Notes under the pieces: generated by a model
Seen by the model: the letters and a program-made list of their open reading frames with translations, nothing else
Database searches by the model: none
Told to the model about the DNA's origin: nothing
Part shown: positions 63,633 to 64,000 of the stretch, one piece after another
How positions within the stretch are numbered: the stretch's first letter is position 1
How the letters are laid out: every line of letters begins with the position of its first letter
Origin: Octopus bimaculoides
Taxonomy: Eukaryota
DNA: 64,000 bases
Assembly (NCBI RefSeq): GCF_001194135.2
Contig: NC_068984.1
Coordinates: 146,268,704 to 146,332,703 of the forward strand
Reading direction: 5' to 3'
Made by a program: the position numbers and the translations under genes

Positions 63633-64000
63633 GACTTCTTTCAGATTTCTCCTACCAAATGCTCTCACAAGGCTTTGGTCAACCCAGAACTACAGTAGAA
63701 GACATGTGTCCAAGGTACAATACAATGGAATCAAACCCAAGACTACATAGTCGAGAAGCAAGCTGTTTAACCACACTGCCAGATTTCCATCAAATATATA
63801 TATATATATATAAGTGCAGGAGTGGCCATGTGGTAAGAAGCTTGCTTACCAACCACATAGTTCTGGGTTCAGTCTCACTGTGTGGCACCTTCAGCAAGTG
63901 TCTTCTACTATAGCCTCAGGCCGACCAGAGTCTTTTGAGTGGATTTGGTAGACAGAAACTGAAAGAAGCCTGTCGTATATATATATATATATATATATAT

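Overview
AT-rich, microsatellite- and SINE-dense eukaryotic genomic DNA with four N gaps. The repeat landscape looks to me like a coleoid cephalopod, probably Octopus; this is recognition only and was not checked. There are two intron-rich protein-coding genes, both on the minus strand. (1) A complete ARHGAP18/28/40 (Drosophila conundrum)-family RhoGAP: I assembled 17 coding exons by hand from 58590 (ATG) to 33592 (TGA), giving 2022 nt / 673 aa with consistent splice phases. It includes a 27-nt microexon and a His/Gln-rich insert, plus two candidate cassette exons. (2) The 5' part of a ZNF385-like matrin/U1-type zinc-finger gene, with coding exons 5413/5397-5250 and 3006-2903, continuing past the left edge. 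It appears to have a long multi-exon, uORF-bearing 5' leader reaching into a CpG-retaining domain at about 16.2-26 kb. The rest is tRNA-headed and RTE-tailed SINEs, decayed RTE and CR1/L2-like LINEs, piggyBac- and pogo-like MITEs, a fold-back element, a solo-LTR-like insertion and simple repeats. No rRNA, tRNA genes or CRISPR arrays were found. Most of the supplied ORF track is microsatellite or repeat noise. All coordinates were derived by eye.
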